A stretch of 64,000 bases of DNA from Naegleria gruberi (taxonomy: Eukaryota), in NCBI GenBank assembly GCA_000004985.1, contig GG738893.1. One strand, 5' to 3'. The position numbers and the translations under genes were made by a program. Within the stretch, counting starts at the first letter, position 1. Each line of letters opens with the position of its first letter. This document shows, piece after piece, positions 20,962-31,068 of the stretch. Under the pieces are notes generated by a model. That model saw nothing but the letters and a program-made list of their open reading frames with translations. It searched no databases and was not told the DNA's origin.

Positions 20962-21014
20962 CAAATCTACTCCCTTCTACTTGTACCTACTGTACAAATG
21001 AATATTGTACCCAG

Positions 21015-22241
21015 ATGAGCTTTGTTCCATCTGATTATTGGATCATTCCAGTTAGCGTACTTGTCATTATATATTATGTAATTTTATTTGCTACTAAATC
21101 ATTTCAGTTACCAGCCATTAAGAGAAGATTGTTAACTCCTTACACACCAATTGTATGTGTCTACTTTGAGACTCAGGAAATGTACGCACTCGATAGTTAT
21201 TGTGCCAAAGTAAGATTAACGATTTTAGGAACTGTTATGAATTGGGTAATTTTGATTTGCATATTCACTGTTATAAGATTCTACTATCTCAGAAATCTGT
21301 ATCATGCTATGGCACAATCGAATACATCTGTAAAGATCGACAGTATTAGAAGGAGAAAAGTACTTTCTAGTGTATGGTTTGGTATTGTTTTTACAGGACT
21401 GATTTCTCTCATTGTTTCATTATTTGTTTCATTACCATACTTGGCTCAAATATTTATTGTGTTTCACAATGACGATTTTGATGAGTTTGCTTTGCATAAC
21501 ATGTTAATAGCCATTTATATCTTGATTGGTTGCATTATTGGAGTTGTGACAGTTCTTGTTGATATGAGTTTAAATTGGAAAAAGATCAAACAAAGAGGAA
21601 TTAGACATTTTTTGATCTTTGACGATCCATTCATGTTCAGAGTTGACATGGCACTATTCATAGTAATTATTATATTGATTATTATTGCTTCAATTCCTAA
21701 AAATCAAGTTCATGTAGATTTATTTTTCAGATTCTTAATCTATTTTACATTTACTTTTGTTGCAGGAGGTGTAGTAATTATCAAATCAATGATTGAAAAG
21801 TGGATGGTGAAAGGGAAAGACTATGAGTCAAATTTCATTCAATACCTTAAAAATCCAGAATTTCAAGAATTACTCAAAAATTACTGCCTTAAAGAAATGT
21901 CCTCTGAAAACTTTGCAATTTATATGGACCTTATGAAGTTAGATAAGGAGGGAAAGAATTCAACAATGGACCTTGAAACTTTACAAACTCTAGAGAAGGA
22001 TTATTTTCTTGCTAATTCAATGTATGAAATCAATATTTCACATGCTGCAAAAATGAATTTCTATAAATTGTTGAATAGTGCCAAACAGAATGAACCTCCA
22101 ACTGTTGGTGAATTGATTGAAGCTCTACTCACTGATGTTGTTAGAAATTTGTATGATACATTCTCAAGACTCGAAAGAACTAAAGAGTTCAAAGTTTGGC
22201 TTGAAATTTATGATATTCAAATAAAAAATCTATTACTCTAA
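21015..22241 (+). CDS. seven-transmembrane protein with a C-terminal RGS domain (7TM-RGS hybrid)
   Basis: 408-aa ORF with about 7 hydrophobic helices (IIPVSVLVIIYYVILFA, LTILGTVMNWVILICIFTVI, VWFGIVFTGLISLIVSLFVSL, LIAIYILIGCIIGVVTVLV, ALFIVIIILIIIASIP, FLIYFTFTFVAGGVVII). A C-terminal RGS signature follows: NPEFQELLKNYCLKEMSSENFAIYMDLMKL...FLANSMYEINIS. Confidence 0.7.
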   Translation: MSFVPSDYWIIPVSVLVIIYYVILFATKSFQLPAIKRRLLTPYTPIVCVYFETQEMYALDSYCAKVRLTILGTVMNWVILICIFTVIRFYYLRNLYHAMAQSNTSVKIDSIRRRKVLSSVWFGIVFTGLISLIVSLFVSLPYLAQIFIVFHNDDFDEFALHNMLIAIYILIGCIIGVVTVLVDMSLNWKKIKQRGIRHFLIFDDPFMFRVDMALFIVIIILIIIASIPKNQVHVDLFFRFLIYFTFTFVAGGVVIIKSMIEKWMVKGKDYESNFIQYLKNPEFQELLKNYCLKEMSSENFAIYMDLMKLDKEGKNSTMDLETLQTLEKDYFLANSMYEINISHAAKMNFYKLLNSAKQNEPPTVGELIEALLTDVVRNLYDTFSRLERTKEFKVWLEIYDIQIKNLLL

Positions 22242-22281
22242 ATTGGAAAAGAGTAATAACAAAGAAAACCAATTATAAAAA

Positions 22282-23335
22282 TTATCTGAATTGTATTTTG
22301 TAAACTTTTTGAAAGTAAATCAATAATAATCCATACAATAATACCTTATCTACTTGCTTTCCTTCATTCGATGAATCCATTTCCACATATAAGGTTCCAT
22401 TCAAATTGAATGACATCCGATCCAGAGTTTCGTATTGTATCCGTTGACTACTTCCTGTTGAATTGATTCCAATAACTATAACTGGTCTATATAAATAATG
22501 ACTATTGTTACTACTTGTATCCATATTCCTATATCCAATATCAGAAACATCATTTCTAATTTTAGCTTCTCTAATTTCATTCATTAAGCGACCATGGAAT
22601 TTAATGTTTTGATTATTACTTGTGTCAATAATTGGGATTAATAAAGATGAATTTTCCATAATTTCTGGATCACATAAGAATTCATGTGTATGCCACCATG
22701 AATAATTAGATTTCAGTTTTTGGTCGCTTAGATTAGGAAGTGGAATTTTTTCTCCAAAAATTGAAAAAGAACCAACATAGGGCTTTTCAACCAGTTTTTT
22801 GAAAGGGTGTCCACTCTTTTCATTCTCCAACATGACAAGGAATTCTAAAGATACAAAATTATTAAACTATTCAAAACTAAACTTACTCGAATCTTCAACA
22901 TTTCCACTTTTACAAAGATTTTTCTTAATTATTGCTTTAAACACAACCAAATTCATATTGAAAACTTACAAAAAACTTCCTATTCTTATAATTATTCAAC
23001 AATGTCATTTCCATCTTTAACCAACTGAAATTAACATTCATCACTTTCATCAAGTTTCCATGTCGTTCCACAATCATGCTAGCCCACTGATAAATAGATT
23101 TCTTGATAGATCGCAACATGAATAACTGTCCCTTCTCTGTACTAAATATTTGCTCAAAATTCCGAAGAGCTGGATTGCTACGATTATTAGTTTGAATTTT
23201 GTCAAATTCCTTTTGAATTAATTCAAAACAAAGAATTCTCCACAGAGAGGAAACTCTCGATAATGTCAATACCCACTCAAGAGAATGCAAAAATCGAAAA
23301 ATATCCATCAAATTATCATCAGCCAATTGATTCAT
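22282..23335 (-). CDS. F-box-like protein, multi-exon (exon structure not resolved)
   Basis: The upstream ORF 22937..23335 begins MNQLADDNLMDIFRFLHSLEWVLTLSRVSSLWRIL (F-box-like). A GTAAGT intron at about 22845..22886 (minus strand) leads into ORF 22282..22833. The junction frames could not be fully reconciled. Possible micro-exons around 22890..22940. Confidence 0.4.
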
Positions 23336-23436
23336 TTTTTTTTAATTAATTTTTAAAATTAAATTTCTTCATCTTCCAAATTTGATGCATCTTCCAAATA
23401 AATCCAAGAATTACGATTAAAAAAAATGAACAGAAA

Positions 23437-25239
23437 ATGATGCACGCAGATACTCTATTTTGTATTATTGAATTTCTTTCGATTCGTGATGGAGTTTCCC
23501 TCCTGTCTGCCTGTAAGGCTTGGAATGAATTGGATCGATATGAAATTGTTTGGAAAACATTGCTGAGCAACTTTTTAAAAACCAAGATGAGTTTGTTTAT
23601 TGGTAAATTATCATCATCGGAGCAGAAAAGAGGAAAATCAAGAAGCACCAAGAAGGGAATTAATCATTACAAGGGTATATTGGATAAATTGAAGAGGTTT
23701 TATCAAACACAGATTTTAAAGGAGGAATCGGTACAAAAGCCTAGTTTTCAAAAGTATATGGATGATGATGAGGGAGAAAAATCAACTGCTTTCGGGATGA
23801 GATTTAAAAAGTTGAGTGAATCAGCTGTTTTCATGTATTATAAATTGATGATGGTGGGAGGATTGGATGAAATTAAGAATGAATTTGATTTGACAGTTAT
23901 TAATTATGAACCTGATGGTTTTTTGGCGCAATATTTTCTTAATCATGTTGAAAAATTCACTCTCAATGGAAGAAATAATGATTCTGTTTTTGCTAATGAG
24001 TATTGGAAACAATATTCTTTTGAAATTGTTGAAAATATGTTCTCGGTTGATTTTGACAGAGAGCTTAGCTCAGAACAATTAACTTCATTTTTAGAAAGGT
24101 TTAAACCTGTTCTTAAAGAAAATAGTTTAGAAAATATTTTGCGTTGTTATGTAGTTCGAGATGTAGATGAAAATGGAGTGGACAAATTTTTAGAATTTTT
24201 ACTGAGCTACATCTCTGTAGAAGGAAATTACCAAAGAGCAAGTGATCCATTTATCACTTTCAGAACATTTATTAACAAAGACAATATGGTGATATTGAAA
24301 TATTTGAAGAAAATCATTAATGTTATTTATCCAAATAGATTCCTGGAAATCTTCAAGAATTGCATAAACCATGCTGGAACCGCCTTCCACTGTTTAGAAT
24401 ATTTCAATCCTAGACTATTTGATAATCCAACAATACTTGTGGACAGTCTTTGTCAGCTTTTGGAAATTATCGAAGAAAAATCTATTCACTATTCGAATAT
24501 TGCAGAGCGCAATATTTTTTTACAGAAAGAGGAACAAGTCATAATAGAGTTATTAGAAAAAAGAGGATTGATTGGAAAGGAAGATTACAAAATAATATTT
24601 CACAAATTCAATTATTCCTCCAAGATTCCAGATTTGCTTCCCAAAATTGAAAATTTTGACCCCTATGAAATAATTGAAACTTCAGAAGGAAATTACAATT
24701 TTATTTACTCAGTATTTAAAAGCTACTCTTTCTGTTCGATCAACACCTCCCTCAAGCCATTCTTTGAAATCTATCCTGAAAAGTTAGATTTAAATATTCT
24801 AACGACAAGATTGAAAATAAGCATGCAATCATTCAAAGAATTAATCAATCATTATATTGTGTGCCATTTTTTGGACTATCATCAAGTGGACGATCTTACA
24901 GAATCAATAGAAATAATGACGAACTATTTTACACCAACAATTTTGGATGTTTCATGTATTGAACGAATTGTAAACTATTTCAAAGTAGTTCTTATGAGTA
25001 GAATGGCTTATCCAGGTATCACAAGTGTTACCCTGCTTGATGGATTTAAGTATATTCTTGAACATATTCAACATGAAGGAGTTCCATTTGACCAATACTG
25101 CAAAGGTATTCGAAACAAATACAGTACAGATACTCTAGTGTTCCATGATTTTGATGGAGAGGAAAGAATGGCCTATCTCTACAAAAGTTGCCTGACCATT
25201 ATCGAAGAGATGCCAAAATTTTATGCAATTAATGATTAG
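23437..25239 (+). CDS. F-box-like N-terminal protein, 600 aa, remainder uncharacterised
   Basis: N-terminus is LFCIIEFLSIRDGVSLLSACKAWNELDRYEIVWKTLL (F-box-like). It lies divergent to the preceding F-box-like gene, with starts about 100 bp apart. No other domain recognised. Confidence 0.5.
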   Translation: MMHADTLFCIIEFLSIRDGVSLLSACKAWNELDRYEIVWKTLLSNFLKTKMSLFIGKLSSSEQKRGKSRSTKKGINHYKGILDKLKRFYQTQILKEESVQKPSFQKYMDDDEGEKSTAFGMRFKKLSESAVFMYYKLMMVGGLDEIKNEFDLTVINYEPDGFLAQYFLNHVEKFTLNGRNNDSVFANEYWKQYSFEIVENMFSVDFDRELSSEQLTSFLERFKPVLKENSLENILRCYVVRDVDENGVDKFLEFLLSYISVEGNYQRASDPFITFRTFINKDNMVILKYLKKIINVIYPNRFLEIFKNCINHAGTAFHCLEYFNPRLFDNPTILVDSLCQLLEIIEEKSIHYSNIAERNIFLQKEEQVIIELLEKRGLIGKEDYKIIFHKFNYSSKIPDLLPKIENFDPYEIIETSEGNYNFIYSVFKSYSFCSINTSLKPFFEIYPEKLDLNILTTRLKISMQSFKELINHYIVCHFLDYHQVDDLTESIEIMTNYFTPTILDVSCIERIVNYFKVVLMSRMAYPGITSVTLLDGFKYILEHIQHEGVPFDQYCKGIRNKYSTDTLVFHDFDGEERMAYLYKSCLTIIEEMPKFYAIND

Positions 25240-25445
25240 TCATCAGATTCATTACAGGAATCCTGTAATGAGATCCCATCATTCTAACAACAATAGATTT
25301 ATTTCTATTAACAAAAACGAAATAAAGGTAAAGGGGTCTTCCTTATCACCAAGACATACATTCATTCAGTGAAATTGTAATACTGAGTGAAAGCCAACAA
25401 AATTGTGAAGGTTACAATTGGAGTAGATCAACATTAAAATAAAAA

Positions 25446-26423
25446 ATGGCAGAAACTGAACCCACACAATGTATTCTTGTTGAGAATCTTGCTGAAATGC
25501 AAACTATTCTCTATTCTAAACTTCAAGAGCAATTCAACCCGAAAACAAAAAACAAGATTGGTTTCTCCTTGAATTTTACTCCTGTCCACACATTCGGCAA
25601 TGGGAAAATCAAGGAGAAAGACAACTTTGTACATCCATTGGATGTAAAAATTTCACATCAATTTCACTGTGTCATAATAACTGACAGAGACAGAATTCAA
25701 GTGTTTGATTTGCATTCAAGAAAATTTAAAAAATCAATTCAATTTCAAAACTATAGAATTAATTATTTAAATATTGAAAAGATTAATCAAAAGGAATATT
25801 TATATGTCACTTCAATGTCTCCTTCAGTCTTGTTTAAATTTGATCTTGAACAATTGCTACTTTCAAATAATGAGCCAATAGAAAATCTCTGTATTTGGAA
25901 GGTAGAAAATCTTAATCATCCTTCAACTGTTGAAATATTGTACAGAGATTATCATGAAAATCAAATTTTAGTCTCTGATATGTCAATAGGAAGAATTCAC
26001 GTATTGGATTCAATTACTGGAATGAAAGTACAAGATATTTTAGCTTCAACACCTTATGGAATTGCCTCTCTCAATTCAAATTCCTTCCTTGTTGGAGATG
26101 CTTGTAATGACAATATCCATATTTATGAAAGAAATGAAAATCAAGAATTTCAAAAAAGTTCAAGTTTTGATTTTAGTGATAAATCAAGACCCTCGACAGG
26201 AATAATAGGTTTTGATAGTGGTGGTCTTCTTTTCGATCCAATTGAGAAGAATATTCTGATTGTTAATATTAGAAAGTCACAAATATGTGCTTTCAAGCAA
26301 GAGAATCGATCATTAATTAAGACTTTCAAATCTGGAATGTTTTCTTATGGAATGTGTTTGGATCAATATACTGGAGAACTTTATGTTTGTACCAATGATA
26401 AGAAGGTGATTGTTTACAAATAA
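25446..26423 (+). CDS. NHL-repeat beta-propeller protein
   Basis: Repeated NHL-like blades: HPLDVKISHQFHCVIITDRDRIQVFD, HPSTVEILYRDYHENQILVSDMSIGRIHVLD, YGIASLNSNSFLVGDACNDNIHIYE, GELYVCTNDKKVIVYK. Confidence 0.5.
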   Translation: MAETEPTQCILVENLAEMQTILYSKLQEQFNPKTKNKIGFSLNFTPVHTFGNGKIKEKDNFVHPLDVKISHQFHCVIITDRDRIQVFDLHSRKFKKSIQFQNYRINYLNIEKINQKEYLYVTSMSPSVLFKFDLEQLLLSNNEPIENLCIWKVENLNHPSTVEILYRDYHENQILVSDMSIGRIHVLDSITGMKVQDILASTPYGIASLNSNSFLVGDACNDNIHIYERNENQEFQKSSSFDFSDKSRPSTGIIGFDSGGLLFDPIEKNILIVNIRKSQICAFKQENRSLIKTFKSGMFSYGMCLDQYTGELYVCTNDKKVIVYK

Positions 26424-27414
26424 AATTATTGTGTCCAGTAATTCAAATTGGTGATGAAGGTGCCAAATCAATAAGTGAAATGAAATAATTTCATTCGAAA
26501 GTGCACCACTACTAAAGAGTGATGTCATTATCAATGCTTAACTGTACTGGCACAATTTTCCAATCTTAATCAGTAATAAACAATCCAAATATAACCAACT
26601 GATCCCGTACAAGAATTGTTACAAATCCCATAAATGAATTTGTTCATTTCAGGTCAAAAATATTTAAGGCAACAATTTAGACCACCTCAATATAAATTAC
26701 AAAAATACCTTCATTCTATCAATCTACAGTAGATTAATCAACAATCAAATCATAATCATGTCAAATCATCTCTCTTTCCTCAATGCCTTTTATGGCAATA
26801 TTTATGCAAGTTGCAAAAATCCAAATTGCATTACGCCAATTTTTCAAAAAACGCGCGAGCAATTAATAGGCCCTTTCTAGGAGCCAAAAGCAAAATTCAG
26901 TCAAAAACGAAAACATTCTTGTTTACCAATCACGATAAGTTTCAACAGCCTGTTGCAGGCAAACACACAAATCATTACGGATGCCTACACAACATGATGA
27001 TCCTTTGTGTATCTCAGACTCCCTGAGATGATTCGCAGAGTAGGGCGGCCATTGAGCATCATCATGTGCGTGTAGAAACTCAGAGAGAAAAAATAACTCT
27101 ACAGAGTACTTTGGTGTTATTGGAACGTTGAATTATTAGACACACAATAGCAACACACAACAAGAAGAAGTGATTGCTGTTAATAATCAAATTGGATTAC
27201 GTAAATTTCTAGCAGTGAAAATAACATTAAAAGCATTGGAGTACTGGTTTGATTTAAAACTTAATCTACTAGTACTTTAGTATTATTGATTGTGAAAAAA
27301 CAGCAATTTTAGTAGTAGTTTATATTTATATATTATACGACAAACGAGTCAATTCTCTAATACCTTATAGAAATTGACTATTTTACTTTTTGTTTTAATT
27401 CGAGTATCTAATTT

Positions 27415-28362
27415 ATGTGTACCTCAGTAACTCCAACCAACAATTTCCTTTCCCATCAAGATATTAATTGTTGTACCTCCTGTTCTTGCAACCCGTATTC
27501 GTTTATCTATAATTGCTCTTCTTTAACATTGGACAAATCGAGAACAGCAACATCATCACCTTGTAGTAAAATTCCACAGATGAATACTCAATCATCTGCT
27601 TGTAAGAGTGGAAAAACTTGTTGTAGTTGTTCATCAAATGAAGCGAATAGTAATGGAGCAAAAGCCCTTAATATTCCATCATCAACAAGTTTACCTCCAA
27701 GCAACAATTCCTCAACTCCTAGTTTTGACAACAAACAATCTTCCCACCATCACTGCAACCAACCTTGCTGTTTATCAAAAACAAATCAAGAATCCCCTTC
27801 TTCTCAGCAAACCTCCATTTCAACTAATTTATTAACAACCCAAAACCCTAATTCTTATTCGACTGTAACTTCACCTTCCTACCACCATTCCTTTACTCAA
27901 AGCCATCTTCATTCAGAAGAACATATAGAACCATCAGATTTAAACGAGATTAAACCTGTAGATGAGACAAATAAGCAAGCCTCAGAGGCTACTTCTAATT
28001 ATTTCAAGATTGTTTTTGGGAGCTCAATCAATGAACCAGCTTGTGGCACATCCAAAGGATCTTGTGAATGTAGTGGATGCAACTATAGTGTTGGACAAAG
28101 TAACAGAGGTGCTGCTATCGTAGCAATTCAAGCTCATTTACCACCAACACCAAGAGGAAGCAGTAACACCTCCAAAAGAGGAGGTGGTTGCAAAGGATCT
28201 TCATCATCAGGAAGTGTAAAGATTCAGAAAAAGTCTGTCATGCAAAACAAGTTAAAGAATCAACTCACAAGAATGAGGGATTCTACTGTTGATGTGACTA
28301 TGCATGAATCGGATAAAGTAGCAGCACATGATGATTCTGGTATCATAGTTTCAACTAATTAA
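27415..28362 (+). CDS. Cys/Ser-rich low-complexity protein, hypothetical
   Basis: 315-aa ORF with Cys clusters (CCTSCSCNPYSFIYNCSS; SACKSGKTCCSCSS; ACGTSKGSCECSGCNY) between S/T/N-rich stretches. No confident family. Confidence 0.35.
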   Translation: MCTSVTPTNNFLSHQDINCCTSCSCNPYSFIYNCSSLTLDKSRTATSSPCSKIPQMNTQSSACKSGKTCCSCSSNEANSNGAKALNIPSSTSLPPSNNSSTPSFDNKQSSHHHCNQPCCLSKTNQESPSSQQTSISTNLLTTQNPNSYSTVTSPSYHHSFTQSHLHSEEHIEPSDLNEIKPVDETNKQASEATSNYFKIVFGSSINEPACGTSKGSCECSGCNYSVGQSNRGAAIVAIQAHLPPTPRGSSNTSKRGGGCKGSSSSGSVKIQKKSVMQNKLKNQLTRMRDSTVDVTMHESDKVAAHDDSGIIVSTN

Positions 28363-28542
28363 AAATATTAAAATTTTGAATTAATTTCTAGATAAATAAT
28401 TGATATCTAAATAGATATCATTTGTGACTAAATTTATTGTACATTATTCACAATGTGGGAAAAGAATTATAGGGAGGGAAATAACTTAGTAAAAAGAGAT
28501 AAACGGTTAGGAAACTTGGCAAGAATTGACACCTGTCAAGGG

Positions 28543-28989
28543 TTAGTTGGATGATGAAACTATTAAAACACCTTTGGGTATCTCCTTTTGTTGTAAAAGT
28601 GTTTTAGAGAGATCATTGTTAGCTTCAGGTTTTCCCTGATAAATAACATGATATGAGTTTCCTCTACCAGTCTCGAGGTCTTTGCAGACTGCTCTATAAG
28701 GATCAATAAAAACAACGCAATTTCTTGGTAGACAATTTTCAAAATCGTTGAGATTAATGCCCAACCTAGAGGCAATATCCATCAATAGAGGATCAGTTTG
28801 AACTCCATCAATTAAAATTGATCGGAAAGCTTGGCCTCTTTGTGGATCGGAAGGATACCAATGTCCTTTGAAGCGAACCAATAATTCGCTTTCCAAGGCA
28901 TTCTTAAATTCATTCACTACCTTTTGGTCAAACTTGTCGCTTAACCATTTTGAAAAGAAAGCAGTAACGGACTTGATTTCTTCCAGCAT
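28543..28989 (-). CDS. BTG/Tob family anti-proliferative protein
   Basis: MLEEIKSVTAFFSKWL...LESELLVRFKGHWYPSDPQRGQAFRSILIDGVQTDPLLMDIASRLGINLNDFENCLPRNCVVFIDPYRAVCKDLETGRGNSYHVIYQG matches the BTG1/2 box A and box B pattern (...[23 protein letters not shown]...DPLI...[29 protein letters not shown]). Confidence 0.8.
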   Translation of the reverse strand: MLEEIKSVTAFFSKWLSDKFDQKVVNEFKNALESELLVRFKGHWYPSDPQRGQAFRSILIDGVQTDPLLMDIASRLGINLNDFENCLPRNCVVFIDPYRAVCKDLETGRGNSYHVIYQGKPEANNDLSKTLLQQKEIPKGVLIVSSSN

Positions 28990-29829
28990 GATGAAATATT
29001 ATGATGATGAGTGTGTGTATGTACAAAAAAAGTTGAAAAGGGATTATAATAGTACTATGGAAAAGTTACTAGAGTAATACCGCGAGTAATATTGTTGCTG
29101 CTGCTGTTGTTGTTGCTGGCAAGGCAAGGAAAGTCGAGTATTGTTGAGAGGGAAAATTTTGTCGGTTGGTTTCAAAAGAGAAAATTGTATGATGCTGTTG
29201 TAGAGAGTGTTGTATAAAAACGGCTTCTAGAATGTTCAAACAATTTTTTTTTTAAATTGATTTACCAAGGATGATAAGTAACGTTCGTTGTTGTTCGATC
29301 GAAATAATAATAATATCGATAGGGAGAGAAAAATACAACACTTGGAAAATTACGCTGTATGATAAGGATAGTAATATGATTGCAAAATCTCTTGTTCTGG
29401 AAAAGGACCACTATCGATGGGTTCAGATAACACAAACGGAGAGATTTTGTTGCCGATCAAAACACACTGAAGGAAAAACACAATGAGCAAGGCAAAGTGT
29501 TGATCGTGGTTTTTTTTGTATGAAGCCTACAGAGGTGTGTTGAATGTGAGTGAACATGAAGGCTTGGATTGCAACGTTCAATTCTTCTCTGGTTTGGTGA
29601 TCGCGAAATTTTGTGTGGCATCATGACAGCGCTCATTGTGTCATCTATTTTTAACTTTTTGTAAAGTGTTGGCAAGTTTTGTAATCATAGTTCCTTTTGT
29701 AGTTTATGGAAGGTGTTAAAAAAGAGCATTGTATTATGGCTTTGAGAAGTGGTAGTATTAAATTGACAGGAATTGATTTTCTCTAATTCAACTCGTTGGT
29801 GTAAAAATCAAAATTTTCTAAAATCATTT

Positions 29830-30988
29830 TCAAACTCTTCTTAAATTGATGGTTGTATTCACATAGGGTTTCACAAATTGATAGAGAAATATTGATTCTG
29901 ATGGGTTCTTAATCTCAAAATTGTATTCCCTCTTAAAAAGTCGCATAATTACATTCTCACTTCCATAATTTCCCAATGGAATGGTTTTCAATTTGGAAAT
30001 GATATTTCTAGAGAATGGAATGGTTGTTCTGAATACTAGTGCATCGTGAGTGTCCTATTTTCATTAGTTATTATAAATGTGAAACATTACAAAACCAATA
30101 TAAATGAATTGAAATAATGAAGCTTCTTACCTTCATGGCTGCAAGACAATTATCTTTATCCTCACATTGTGCCTTCTCGACACTGAAAAGTTGCCTCCTA
30201 GAAAGCATTAGAGGAGTGTTAAATCCAATCTTAGTGGCATGGACAATGGTGTGATCAAAATAAATATTTGGAGTAATTAGAATTACAATTCTATCTTTCA
30301 AATTCTTATTAGAATATTCCATAAAATCAGAAACCATCAATTTACGTCCCAAATTTACAATTTTAATCTTTTCTGAATGGATCATTTGTTTCAAATCAGA
30401 ATTGTAAATTTCACTTTCTTGCAACATGTGAATTTCTGAAATGAAAGGATTCAACAAATTCATTTGAATACTTGCCAACATTTCCTGATACGTTTGCTGT
30501 TCTCTATTTCTTCCAATCAATTGAGTTACAATAGTGAGTTGTGGATTTTCACTCAGTAAATTCCTCTCCAAAACATTTAATGTAAATTTACGCATTGAAT
30601 TTGAATTATCGAAAAAGTAATCCACAGAAAATGGCCTTAAAAGTGAGGTTTTCAATTGGTAATTGTAGAAATTTAATTGATGACCCGATTGTTTAAATTG
30701 TCTGAAATAGGTAAGAATATTTCTACCAGTACTTGAATTATTTGGAGTCATCATTTTAGTTTCGAATAAATTTGAATATTTACTTTTCCACCCCGATAGT
30801 AATGAAGATGATGAATCAAATCGTATTGTTGTAGAATTATTATTGTTGGTAATTTTCCTCCAACGACCGAAAATAAATAGATACGGAATTATCATGACTA
30901 CAATTATTAGAATGGTGATGGAAATTAAAATTCGTTTCCTGGTCATTAGACACATTGAAAGATTTAATGATGTCTTAGAGTTGACCAT
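29830..30988 (-). CDS. type II membrane protein, paralog A of a divergent pair (uncharacterised family, possibly Golgi glycosyltransferase-like). Exons 30131..30988 and 29830..30054
   Basis: It has an N-terminal signal-anchor (RILISITILIIVVMIIPYLFIF). Motifs shared with paralog B: LASIQMNLLNPFISEIHMLQESEIYNSD, KIKIVNLGRKL, DRIVILITPNIYFDHTIVHATK. A 76-bp GTAAGA...AATAG intron (30055..30130) falls at the same position as in paralog B. The second exon DTHDALVFRTTIPFS... is homologous to B's DGAIFRTSADKP.... Confidence 0.6.
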
Positions 30989-31068
30989 TTTTTAAATTCT
31001 TGTTGTATTATCCATTATGATGACACCTTTCGGATAGGATTTCAAAGGTCCAACAGACAACAAAAAAA

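Noticed and set aside
23346-23651. ORF 23346..23651 (-)
   Set aside because: It overlaps the 5' end of the better-supported plus-strand gene 23437..25239 and the intergenic region of the divergent F-box pair. It has low-complexity composition and no homology.
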